From contig JAPZAR010000028.1 in the NCBI GenBank assembly GCA_027460535.1, positions 9,490-41,489 of the forward strand: 32,000 nt of DNA, given 5' to 3'. Shown piece by piece: positions 24,768 through 32,000 of this stretch. Under the pieces are notes generated by a model that was given only the letters and a program-made list of their open reading frames with translations, searched no databases and was not told the origin of the DNA. How positions within the stretch are numbered: position 1 is the first letter of the stretch; each line of letters opens with the position of its first letter. The translations under genes were made by a program, and so were the position numbers. This stretch comes from Candidatus Methanoperedens sp. Lineage in GTDB: Archaea; Halobacteriota; Methanosarcinia; Methanosarcinales; Methanoperedenaceae.

Positions 24768-25943
24768 ATGAAGCTCATCGAAGGCGGAATCTGTGCTGTC
24801 AGGGGTGTGAGGGCAAACGGGATCAAACAGGGAAAGAACGGTCTTGCGATCATCGTTCCTGATGCCAAGAGCCTTTCTACATCTGGCGTTTTCACACGCA
24901 ACAAGGTCATTGCAGCCCCGCTAATTGTCACGCGAGATGCGCTCGCGAAAGGAGAGCTCAAAGGTATTATCGCGAACAGTGGATGTGCCAATGCATTCAC
25001 GGGTGAGAAGGGCATAACCGATGCAAAGTGGATGGCAGGCATACTTGCAAACAAACTGAAATGCAGGCCCGATGAGATCGGAGTGGGGTCAACGGGTGTT
25101 ATAGGACGGTACCTGGACAGGGTATGGATCGAGGAACATCTGGACGAAGTTTATCGAAATCTCAGAGGTGAAGGAGAAGCAAGTAAAGCCGCGGCAAGAG
25201 CCATTATGACCACAGACACAGCGATGAAAGAAATAGCAATAGAGCTGGATAACGGGGTACGTATCGGCGGGATCTCCAAAGGGTCAGGGATGATCGAACC
25301 GAACATGGGTACTATGCTTGCGTTCCTCTATACAGATGCAGTACTATCCAGAGAAGCGCTTGATGAATCCTTAAAAAAAGCAGTTGACAGGAGCTTCAAT
25401 ATGGTAGTGGTGGATGGGGATACGAGTACGAACGACATAGCGATACTGACCGCCACAGGGTACCATGAGATCGAGGAAGAGGAATTCCAGGAGGGGCTTG
25501 ATTTTGTGTGCATGAGCCTTTCCAGGATGATAGCAAGGGATGGGGAAGGCGCGACCAGATTGATAGAGGCAAGGGTCAAGGGCGCGCTGTCTCTGGAAGA
25601 CGCAAAGAAAGCGGCAAAAGCAATCGTACGTTCGCCGCTTGTGAAGACAGCGATATTCGGAAAAGACCCGAACTGGGGAAGGGTCGTGGCCGCTGCAGGC
25701 TATTCAGGCGCAGAGGTCGACCAGGATAAGATATCCCTGAAATTCTCAAATAATAACAGCGAGGCTGTGCTTGTTGATTCGGGCAGGATTATTGAAGGAA
25801 AGCTTGAGGCCCTAAAGAGCATTATGGAAAGCGATGAGATCATTATTGAAGTGGATATAGGTCTTGGGGATTTTGAGGCGATTGCGTGGGGCTGCGACCT
25901 GACATACGATTATGTGAAGATCAATGCGATGTACACGACATAG
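24768..25943 (+). CDS. argJ: Bifunctional ornithine acetyltransferase / N-acetylglutamate synthase
   Basis: NSGCANAFTG, MTTDT, the autoprocessing region GMIEPNMGTMLAFLYTDA, GDTSTND, NWGR, and the C-terminal YVKINAMYTT. Confidence 0.9.
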   Translation: MKLIEGGICAVRGVRANGIKQGKNGLAIIVPDAKSLSTSGVFTRNKVIAAPLIVTRDALAKGELKGIIANSGCANAFTGEKGITDAKWMAGILANKLKCRPDEIGVGSTGVIGRYLDRVWIEEHLDEVYRNLRGEGEASKAAARAIMTTDTAMKEIAIELDNGVRIGGISKGSGMIEPNMGTMLAFLYTDAVLSREALDESLKKAVDRSFNMVVVDGDTSTNDIAILTATGYHEIEEEEFQEGLDFVCMSLSRMIARDGEGATRLIEARVKGALSLEDAKKAAKAIVRSPLVKTAIFGKDPNWGRVVAAAGYSGAEVDQDKISLKFSNNNSEAVLVDSGRIIEGKLEALKSIMESDEIIIEVDIGLGDFEAIAWGCDLTYDYVKINAMYTT

Positions 25944-26166
25944 AAAATAAGGAAATACAAGAATACAAAAATTTCCAAAGGGGAATTATGTCCGGACATT
26001 CATATTTGGGCTTCCGAAGCATCTCGAAGGCGTTGTCAGGAAAATAATGGACACTTTGACCTTGTTTTGAGAACTATATAACATAGGGTAAAAAAACATC
26101 AGGTGAAAAAATTTGGTTCCATGATTGAAAATCAGGTTCCGGGAATTACTACTTTTCCAGCCACGT

Positions 26167-26907
26167 CTATATTTCCTGGATCACAAACCTGCAATGCCGA
26201 TGCCCCGTCCCGCAGCATTCGGTTTCCCTGACGATCCAATCAAGGTTCAGCCGGCTTGAAATAACCCCTTCGATAATCCCTTCATCCATGGAGCACAGCG
26301 TTTTCCCCACATTCGGCATTTTCCCGCAATGATAGCAATTGGTGACCAGAATTACCGGGCTTTGATCATTGATTATCGTCATATTCCCGAGATTATGGGC
26401 TTTCCAGAAAACCGAGAGTTCATTCAAAATCCCTTCGAAATCATCCGATTCAATCACTCTCCCGATCTTGATACCGATGTCTGTTCCCAGCCTTTTCATA
26501 ATTGGCTTCGGGTTAAAACCATAGGCTTCCATACCATATCGGACCGTATGGAAAATATGGTGAATAAGAGAATCGCCATTAAGCCCCGGGAGCGCAATCT
26601 CTTCCAGATGCGAATCATATTGATCTCGCATTGGCTTCTCCGAACAGGCAAAGCATATCGAATTCAACACGAAATATTTTTTGCGCTTATCATTAGGATA
26701 AGTCCTTTCCTGTATCAGGTCTAATTTTTCAAGATCATCCAGGTGCACCGATATGGTGGATTTGGCTTTCCCTGATTCCTCCACAAGGTCGTCAAAAGAA
26801 GTTGTTCCTTTTCCCAGAAGCTCGAGTATCTTTAATTTCACAGGGCTGTCCAGAGCAACTATACCGGAATCGGTAGAATAAATCATAGTATTCTGGTCAT
26901 TACCCAT
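26167..26907 (-). CDS. Transcriptional regulator: N-terminal ArsR-like winged HTH plus C-terminal V4R (4-vinyl-reductase-like) domain
   Basis: The wHTH reads LDSPVKLKILELLGKGTTSFDDLVEESGKAKSTISVHLDDLEKLDLIQ. The C-terminus CYHCG....CSMDEGIIEGVIS...ETECCGTGHRHCRF matches the V4R Cys pattern. Confidence 0.7.
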   Translation of the reverse strand: MGNDQNTMIYSTDSGIVALDSPVKLKILELLGKGTTSFDDLVEESGKAKSTISVHLDDLEKLDLIQERTYPNDKRKKYFVLNSICFACSEKPMRDQYDSHLEEIALPGLNGDSLIHHIFHTVRYGMEAYGFNPKPIMKRLGTDIGIKIGRVIESDDFEGILNELSVFWKAHNLGNMTIINDQSPVILVTNCYHCGKMPNVGKTLCSMDEGIIEGVISSRLNLDWIVRETECCGTGHRHCRFVIQEI

Positions 26908-26986
26908 GTATTTCTAAATAGTCTTGGTAATATAAATAATGTTCGTTTTTGTACGAAACTTTACCTTACTAGGCTATTTCGGCAGG

Positions 26987-28033
26987 TCATTCAAACAATC
27001 GATCCAGCAACCATTCAGGATCGAATTTTACCAGGTCTTTATAACTCTGACCAACTCCAAGGAATAATATCGGTTTGCCTGTTGTGTATGCTATGGAGAT
27101 CGCCGCCCCGCCTTTTGCATCTGCATCCTGTTTTGTAAGGATGCTTCCATTAAATGGCACCGCGCTGTTGAAAAGCTTGGCGCGTTCTACCGCGTCGTTC
27201 CCCGCAACGGCTTCATCCACGAAGATAACAAGATCCGGGCTGTTAACCCTGCAGACCTTCTTCAACTGGTCCATCAGGTTTATGTTGGTGTGCATTCTCC
27301 CCGCAGTGTCCGCAAGCACGACATCTTTGTGTTTTGCCCTGGCATATTGGATCGCATCGTATATTACGGCAGCGGGGTCTGCGCCTTCCTGGTGTTTTAT
27401 TATCTTTATTCCAAGCGCTTCGGCATGCCTTTCGATCTGCTCGATGGCACCTGCGCGAAAAGTATCACCTGCCGCTATAACGATAGAATATCCCTGATCT
27501 TTGAAGCGCTCCGCCATTTTTGCGATAGTCGTAGTTTTACCCGTTCCGTTCACACCCACAAAAACAATGCTCACGGGCTTATTTGATTTTTTGACGAAAG
27601 CATCAAAATCAAAGGATTCTACAGAGATCACTTTTGATATTGCCTTTCTTAAGGCAGTTTCAACGATCTTTCCTGCATCTGAGCCGATCTTTCTCCGCGT
27701 CCCGACCAGTTCGGATTTCACCGAATCCACTATTTTTTCAGCCACAGGGAGCGCAACATCGCTTTCCATGAGAGCCATCTCAAGATCCCAAAGTGGGTCT
27801 TTCAGGCTTTTCTCATCGATGATGAATTCCTGTTCAAATACTGCGGCTTTTATTTTATCTAATACCCCTATCTTTTCAGCTGGCTTGACAGAAATTGCAG
27901 CCTCTGCGGGGGCAACTTTCTCGACCTCAGGTTTCGGGGGTTCCCCTATGATAGCCTCTTTTTCTTTCTCCTTTATTGCGCCCCCAAGGATCTTTTTGAA
28001 GCCGCCAAGCTTTTCTTTGAGCTTATCAAACAT
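26987..28033 (-). CDS. ftsY: Signal recognition particle receptor FtsY
   Basis: SRP-GTPase motifs: GVNGTGKTTTIAKMA (G1), DTFRAGA, ADTAGR (G3), TKQDA (G4). A charged N-terminal A-region precedes them. Confidence 0.9.
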   Translation of the reverse strand: MFDKLKEKLGGFKKILGGAIKEKEKEAIIGEPPKPEVEKVAPAEAAISVKPAEKIGVLDKIKAAVFEQEFIIDEKSLKDPLWDLEMALMESDVALPVAEKIVDSVKSELVGTRRKIGSDAGKIVETALRKAISKVISVESFDFDAFVKKSNKPVSIVFVGVNGTGKTTTIAKMAERFKDQGYSIVIAAGDTFRAGAIEQIERHAEALGIKIIKHQEGADPAAVIYDAIQYARAKHKDVVLADTAGRMHTNINLMDQLKKVCRVNSPDLVIFVDEAVAGNDAVERAKLFNSAVPFNGSILTKQDADAKGGAAISIAYTTGKPILFLGVGQSYKDLVKFDPEWLLDRLFE

Positions 28034-28086
28034 GGTTTGAATTCAAAAAAGTCTCCGCATTAAAAAACGGATTTTTATACAAAATC

Positions 28087-28527
28087 TTATTCAGCACGCA
28101 TTGGCTGCTGGGATTGCTCGTGTTTTTGCGCGATCTTCTCGATATTCTCAAGTTCCTGGCCGAGTCTTGTGAGCGTAGTGTTCAGTTGCTCATTATATTT
28201 CGACAGCTCGTCTTTTCGTTTCTCAAGGAGGACCTTTGCATCATCGACCTTCTTTTCGACGCTCACTCCGGCGCCAATCCCTATCACCACCTTACCGGGA
28301 TTGGTGAGGGTAGCGCTTACAAAAGAACCGAAACCGATAGGAACGAGCGTTTCCTTCCCTGCGGGTTCATCTTTCAAGGCAGCGATAGTGGTCAGTGCGG
28401 TCTCCACTTCTTTCACTGTCAACTGGACCATGTTCATTTGCTGGGCCACGGACTCGGCCTGATACTGGTATTGCTGGTGCTTTGCCCCCAATTCCTGGAG
28501 CTGCTGTGGTGTCAGTTTATCGCTCAT
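28087..28527 (-). CDS. pfdA: Prefoldin alpha subunit
   Basis: 146 aa with a coiled-coil / beta-hairpin / coiled-coil layout (LVPIGFGSFVSATL...VVIGIGAGVSVEK). It sits between LX and ftsY, as in many archaea. Confidence 0.85.
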   Translation of the reverse strand: MSDKLTPQQLQELGAKHQQYQYQAESVAQQMNMVQLTVKEVETALTTIAALKDEPAGKETLVPIGFGSFVSATLTNPGKVVIGIGAGVSVEKKVDDAKVLLEKRKDELSKYNEQLNTTLTRLGQELENIEKIAQKHEQSQQPMRAE

Positions 28528-28702
28528 CCTTAGCCTCTTCCGTTGATTCTATCTTTATCAGACGGCGCTCCAGGCCATGCTCGCTTCCGATCAATGAATA
28601 TGCTTTATCAATGGCATTTTTTTTATTCAAGCTCGCTATCTTTTTGGTAAACCGTTCTTTTCGATCTCCTGCTTTGAAAGTTCCTTTCACTATAAAATTC
28701 AT
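28517..28702 (-). CDS. rplX: Ribosomal protein LX (L18Ae/L20A family)
   Basis: MNFIVKGTFKAGDRKERFTKKIASLNKKNAIDKAYSLIGSEHGLERRLIKIE matches the LX pattern (F.V.G.F..g......F.k......e..A.e..ys..GS.H...R..I.I). ATG 28702 is preferred over 28723 because a TATA-like TTATATAT (- strand, about 28739-28746) would place the transcription start between them. It overlaps pfdA by 11 nt. Confidence 0.75.
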   Translation of the reverse strand: MNFIVKGTFKAGDRKERFTKKIASLNKKNAIDKAYSLIGSEHGLERRLIKIESTEEAKDER

Positions 28703-28773
28703 AATATCACCTGAATTGGGCATGTCTTATACCCTCAAAGATATATAACTACCTTTTTAACGAGACCGTTTCT

Positions 28774-28805
28774 ATTTGTGTTGGTAGTTATCCTAAGATA
28801 CAATA
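28774..28805 (+). repeat. Left copy of an imperfect 32-bp direct repeat flanking the AT-rich island
   Basis: atttgtgTTGGTAGTTATcctAAgATACAATA compared with attcgtaTTGGTAGTTATaagAAtATACAATA at 30125-30156 gives 26/32 identities, including an exact 11-mer and an exact 6-mer. Confidence 0.7.
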
Positions 28806-28919
28806 TATAATTTAAAATATGGGTTGTGGGTAAATTGTAGTACTTTTACCAGTGATTTTATCTTTTCTATCATTGGTCAAATATTTGCACAGCGTACCAT
28901 GCCTTTGAAATCTGGGAAT

Positions 28920-29681
28920 TCAATATTTAATAATTTTACCAAAATTTTTAATTAATTCTTTACAAAGCTTTTCATCAATAGTAATATGCTCAAATTTGTT
29001 TAACATAATTAAAGAAGGAAGTTCTTTTTCAGCAACACTGCCTAACCAATCTGTAATTATCAAATCATCATCATTAATCCTCAATTTTTCCTCAAAATAA
29101 TGTGACGGATAATAATCATCATGTAATACAATTTTACGCTGGGGGCTGATAGTTATACAATAGTAATATAAAAAATCAGGATTTTTTAAACCTTCAAGTT
29201 TCAGTTTTTTAATTTCCTGATTAATGATTTGTTTTGTAACGATTTCTACTTCATCAATTGTTTTTTTAAAATTATTATTAAATTCTAAACTATAATCATT
29301 GCCATGTGCGATTTTCTTATTTCTAAATTCTTGAACTCTTGAAATTATCCTATAGTCTATATAATTGGACTGGAGGAATTTTTTTAAATCTTCTGATGTC
29401 GACCGTTTTGATTTAACAAAATTTCTGGTGAATTCTTCTAAACATCTATAATAATTCATGAATTTTTCAATTTTCGTATTTGATAGTTTAGCGAGCGTAA
29501 ACCAAATTAAAGCTTTTTGAAGTGATGAGTTAGGTTCTATATTTTGTTCTAATATTTTTAAATCATTTTCTAAAAATTTCCATTTTCCTAATCTTAATAG
29601 TTGAAAATCATCACTACTGGTCAATGTCAATCTCAATTGGCGAAACCAAATTTTGGTTTTGCTTCGTAATACCAACGGCAA
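28920..29681 (-). CDS. Hypothetical AT-rich protein with an RN(x4)H HEPN-like motif; probably the C-terminal part of a frameshifted gene
   Basis: The 253-aa frame has no ATG in its first ~75 codons (only TTG at 29681). It overlaps the end of ORF 29614..30105 by 68 nt. It contains ...SRVQEFRNKKIAHGNDYS..., which fits the Rx4-6H HEPN signature. Confidence 0.5.
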   Translation of the reverse strand: MPLVLRSKTKIWFRQLRLTLTSSDDFQLLRLGKWKFLENDLKILEQNIEPNSSLQKALIWFTLAKLSNTKIEKFMNYYRCLEEFTRNFVKSKRSTSEDLKKFLQSNYIDYRIISRVQEFRNKKIAHGNDYSLEFNNNFKKTIDEVEIVTKQIINQEIKKLKLEGLKNPDFLYYYCITISPQRKIVLHDDYYPSHYFEEKLRINDDDLIITDWLGSVAEKELPSLIMLNKFEHITIDEKLCKELIKNFGKIIKY

Positions 29682-30105
29682 TAAATGGCACTAATTCCCC
29701 TAAAATTAAAGTATGAAATGAAAACGTGCGTAGGGCGAATTCTTGAATATATTGAATATCATCTCCAGAAAAGGTTAAATCGTATTTTTTAAGATAATAC
29801 TCTGAATCAAATACAATCTGCGATTCATTAGTCTCGGTATTTACATTTTCATAGAAATATCTATCTAAAACAAAATAAAATTTCAATTCATTATCTTTTA
29901 AATTAGTTATTATATCATTATTTTCTAATATTTCGTGAATAGGATATTTATATATCCTACTTTCTAAATATTTATCTCCCCACAAACTAGTTTTTCTCAT
30001 CGAATCATCCATTTGAAGGTAATTGTTAATGGAACAACATAATATATAAAATGTTATTTTGCCATTTTTGCTTAAAAACCGTGTATAATTCTTGTAATAC
30101 ACCAA
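29614..30105 (-). CDS. Hypothetical AT-rich protein; probably the N-terminal part of the same frameshifted gene
   Basis: The start is TTG at 30105, or the first ATG at 30012 (MDDSMRKTSLWGDKY...). The product is rich in Asn, Tyr, Ile and Lys. I recognise no family. Confidence 0.5.
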   Translation of the reverse strand: MVYYKNYTRFLSKNGKITFYILCCSINNYLQMDDSMRKTSLWGDKYLESRIYKYPIHEILENNDIITNLKDNELKFYFVLDRYFYENVNTETNESQIVFDSEYYLKKYDLTFSGDDIQYIQEFALRTFSFHTLILGELVPFIAVGITKQNQNLVSPIEIDIDQ

Positions 30106-30124
30106 TTTAATGAGATTTACTTCA

Positions 30125-30156
30125 ATTCGTATTGGTAGTTATAAGAATATACAATA
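30125..30156 (+). repeat. Right copy of the imperfect 32-bp direct repeat flanking the AT-rich island
   Basis: See the left copy. It lies 20-51 nt upstream (on the - strand) of the TTG at 30105. Confidence 0.7.
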
Positions 30157-30222
30157 GATCTTAATGGATTGACCTAAAAACTACTTGAAATAAGACTTCC
30201 GTGCAAAAGGTACGGGAAATCT

Positions 30223-30546
30223 ATGAAGTTGTTCAATATAAGGGATCTTTACAGGGAAAAGTACAGGGAATACATAGTGGGCTCAGAAGAGATACAAAAG
30301 CACAGCGTGTATCTTGTTTATGGGGAAGCTCCCGGAGGGGATAAAAGAGAAATGGCTCCCGGTGGCCATGACGAGATTCTTTTTCTTTTGTCAGGGGAAG
30401 CGAGACTTGAGAACAATGACACCAGAATATCCTTGAAAAAAGAAGAGGCAGTTTATATGAACCCTGATGAGACTTTCACTTTTACGGCGCTATCCGACTG
30501 CAAGTATGTTGTGGCAGGGACACATACTGCGCCGCACGAGCATTAA
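30223..30546 (+). CDS. Small cupin-fold protein
   Basis: 107 aa with a beta-rich pattern and a G.HDEI.F.L.G ... single-domain cupin-like motif (APGGHDEILFLLSGEARLE ... AVYMNPDETFTFTA). Confidence 0.55.
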   Translation: MKLFNIRDLYREKYREYIVGSEEIQKHSVYLVYGEAPGGDKREMAPGGHDEILFLLSGEARLENNDTRISLKKEEAVYMNPDETFTFTALSDCKYVVAGTHTAPHEH

Positions 30547-30565
30547 TAGAGTCTTTTTATTTTTC

Positions 30566-31264
30566 ATGAAAGCTATCATCTTTGATATGGACGGCGTGCT
30601 TGTAGATTCCATGGCAGACCATGCCGAGGCATGGAAGCAGGCGCTGGCGACAGTGAAGATAATCATCGACAGGAAAGATATCTACGAGCTTGAGGGTTCG
30701 AACCACATGCAGATAGTTGAATTGGTATTCAGGCATTTCGGTCTGATTCCGACAGAAGAGATTGTGCAAGAACTGAGCAGCAAAAAGGTGGAGATATTCA
30801 ACCGGATAGAGCATGTGAGACCTTTTAAGGGAATAAAAGAACTGCTTCTATCACTGAAATCAAAATACAAGCTCGCCGTGGTTTCAGGCTCCAATGGCAA
30901 GACCGTTCACAGTTTCATGGAAACCTTTTTTCCCGGTATTTTCCAGGTGATCGTGGATGGAGATGAAGTTAAAAAAAGCAAGCCTTCACCAGAGCCATAC
31001 CTCATGGCCGTCGAAAAGCTCGGTTTGGGAAAAGAGCATTGCCTCGTCATCGAGAATTCACCTCTCGGGATACGCTCTGCAAAAAGCGCAGGTCTCAGAT
31101 GCCTCGGGATCCCAACATATCTGGAGAGGGAATACTTGAAGGAAGCCGATGTCATTGTGGAGAACCACAGGGAGCTGGGGAAGTATATACAACTGGAGGA
31201 AGAGCGAGAGGAAGAAGCTGAGGAAGGCGTAAATAAGGAGACCATTACATTAGCATTGGTATAA
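30566..31264 (+). CDS. HAD-superfamily hydrolase (beta-phosphoglucomutase / phosphatase subfamily IA) with an acidic C-terminal tail
   Basis: The start is set at ATG 30566. Motif I is IIFDMDGVLVDS, motif II is AVVSGS, motif III is K.KPSPEPYL, and motif IV is IENSPLGIRSAKSAG. The tail is EEEREEEAEEG. Confidence 0.85.
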   Translation: MKAIIFDMDGVLVDSMADHAEAWKQALATVKIIIDRKDIYELEGSNHMQIVELVFRHFGLIPTEEIVQELSSKKVEIFNRIEHVRPFKGIKELLLSLKSKYKLAVVSGSNGKTVHSFMETFFPGIFQVIVDGDEVKKSKPSPEPYLMAVEKLGLGKEHCLVIENSPLGIRSAKSAGLRCLGIPTYLEREYLKEADVIVENHRELGKYIQLEEEREEEAEEGVNKETITLALV

Positions 31265-31344
31265 TTTTTATTTCTTTGCGTACTTCGAGTTCTAAGTATG
31301 AAAAACAACTAATTTGTGCAAACTGATGCGAACTCAAGCTATCA

Positions 31345-31374
31345 GAGTTCGTACAAGTTCGTATTAGTTCGCTG
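31345..31374 (+). repeat. Three direct AGTTCG(T/C) repeats at exact 10-bp spacing
   Basis: gAGTTCGTAC aAGTTCGTAT tAGTTCGCTG, with AGTTCG at 31346, 31356 and 31366. An inverted copy CGAACT lies at 31329-31334. Confidence 0.75.
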
Positions 31375-31477
31375 TCAATGTTATGTGCTTTTTCATTGTT
31401 TTCTATGAACCACGTTCAGAGAACAAGAATGAAAAAGACCATAAGTACCGGATTTTCGTTCCGGTTTAACAGTGATA

Positions 31478-31560
31478 GAACACGGATTGCACAGATGACA
31501 CGGATACACGCGGATTAAAATTATCTGTGAAAATCCGTCCAATCCGTGTCATCCGTGTTC
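31478..31560. repeat. Palindromic cluster of 9-bp-periodic CACGGAT / ATCCGTG units
   Basis: Left-arm units lie at 31481, 31490, 31499 and 31509 (CACGGAT, CACAGAT, CACGGAT, CGCGGAT; the last is offset by one base). A 17-nt spacer follows. Inverted units lie at 31533, 31542 and 31551 (ATCCGTC, ATCCGTG, ATCCGTG). The outer 10 bp gaacacggat/atccgtgttc pair perfectly. Confidence 0.8.
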
Positions 31561-31870
31561 ACATCAAAAACTGAACCGAAGTGGCGTCAATAGTTAAACG
31601 CAGCAATAAGAATTCAGGAAAAAGAAAACATCATAGGGCGGAGATGTTCTCCCTTAATTCCTGGGAAGGCGCAAATTGACTCCCAGAGTTTGAGGCAGGA
31701 ACTTGCGTGTGAGGGCCTGAAAAGGGGAAAATAAGAAGACCATTTACTGCAAATTACACCCCCAGATGAACTCAGCCAAATGATTCAAAACCTTGATCAC
31801 ATATTTTGACAGTCCGGCGCGCCGATATGAATCCGATGCAGCTACTGTTTCTGAAAATAACAAACCGCAG

Positions 31871-32000
31871 ATGAGCGTACTATTAACACTTTCGGTCAGC
31901 ATTATCTTAACGGCGCTGGGGTTACGACCCCAGACCCCAACGGATGCGCCGCCGCTGGCGGGGTTTAACACGAAATCACCGGTTGCATATTTTCACGATT
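31871..32000 (+). CDS. Possible 5' end of a secreted or membrane protein gene running off the right edge
   Basis: ATG 31871 opens a frame with no stop to the window end. The translation is MSVLLTLSVSIILTALGLRPQTPTDAPPLAGFNTKSPVAYFHD, with a signal-peptide-like N-terminus. It competes with the antisense track ORF 31744..31971, which looks less protein-like. Confidence 0.3.
   Translation, partial: MSVLLTLSVSIILTALGLRPQTPTDAPPLAGFNTKSPVAYFHD

Noticed and set aside
23792-25054. Long - strand ORFs 23792..24595 (267 aa) and 24611..25054 (147 aa)
   Set aside because: They are antisense shadows of argC, the CBS gene and argJ. Their translations are Ser/Phe/Leu-rich low-complexity sequence, while the + strand genes carry unambiguous catalytic motifs.
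27075-28040. The + strand ORFs inside ftsY (27075..27497, 27290..27586, 27501..28040)
   Set aside because: They are shadow ORFs opposite a gene with the complete SRP-GTPase motifs G1-G4.
31744-31971. The - strand ORF of 75 aa near the right edge
   Set aside because: Its translation is not protein-like (no motifs, and the start context is absent). It overlaps a + strand frame with a signal-peptide-like N-terminus. Both are weak, so only the + frame is listed, at low confidence.

Overview
The window reads as an archaeal chromosome segment. Markers include Nop5, ribosomal protein LX, prefoldin alpha, an NMD3-like protein, ATP-dependent DNA ligase, FtsY and a probable MCR-activation ABC ATPase (AtwA-like). 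A membrane-anchored pentaheme c-type cytochrome makes a Methanosarcinales / ANME-2-like source plausible, but that is inference only. Most of the window is housekeeping: argC, a CBS-domain gene and argJ; speA; lig; rubrerythrin, a YkgJ-family protein and ferredoxin; sppA; an epimerase; and one tRNA-Leu(UAG).

Several accessory-looking patches stand out:
1. A very AT-rich 1.35-kb island at about 28.77-30.16 kb, bounded by imperfect 32-bp direct repeats. It sits directly upstream of LX-pfdA-ftsY. It carries one apparently frameshifted gene of about 400 aa with an RN(x4)H HEPN-like motif, making it a candidate defence or abortive-infection module.
2. A 0.57-kb cassette of two tiny, translationally coupled genes (14976-15400), bracketed by four copies of a TGCACCTAAAG motif, including a perfect 18-bp hairpin.
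3. An AT-rich sensory cluster: TM-PAS-PAS-HisKA_2 kinase, then REC-PAS, then a KaiC/RAD55-like protein with a degenerate P-loop. The kinase gene is frameshifted and compositionally chimeric.
4. An 0.8-kb AT-rich non-coding tract at the 3' side of the tRNA, with three exact copies of a 14-mer. On the tRNA's 5' side lies an orphan tRNA-Leu-like 5' half that ends at the anticodon loop.
5. Helically phased short repeats and a 9-bp-periodic palindrome near the right edge.

No CRISPR array, rRNA, transposase or integrase gene was seen. All product calls rest on motif recognition in the translations. No database search was run.
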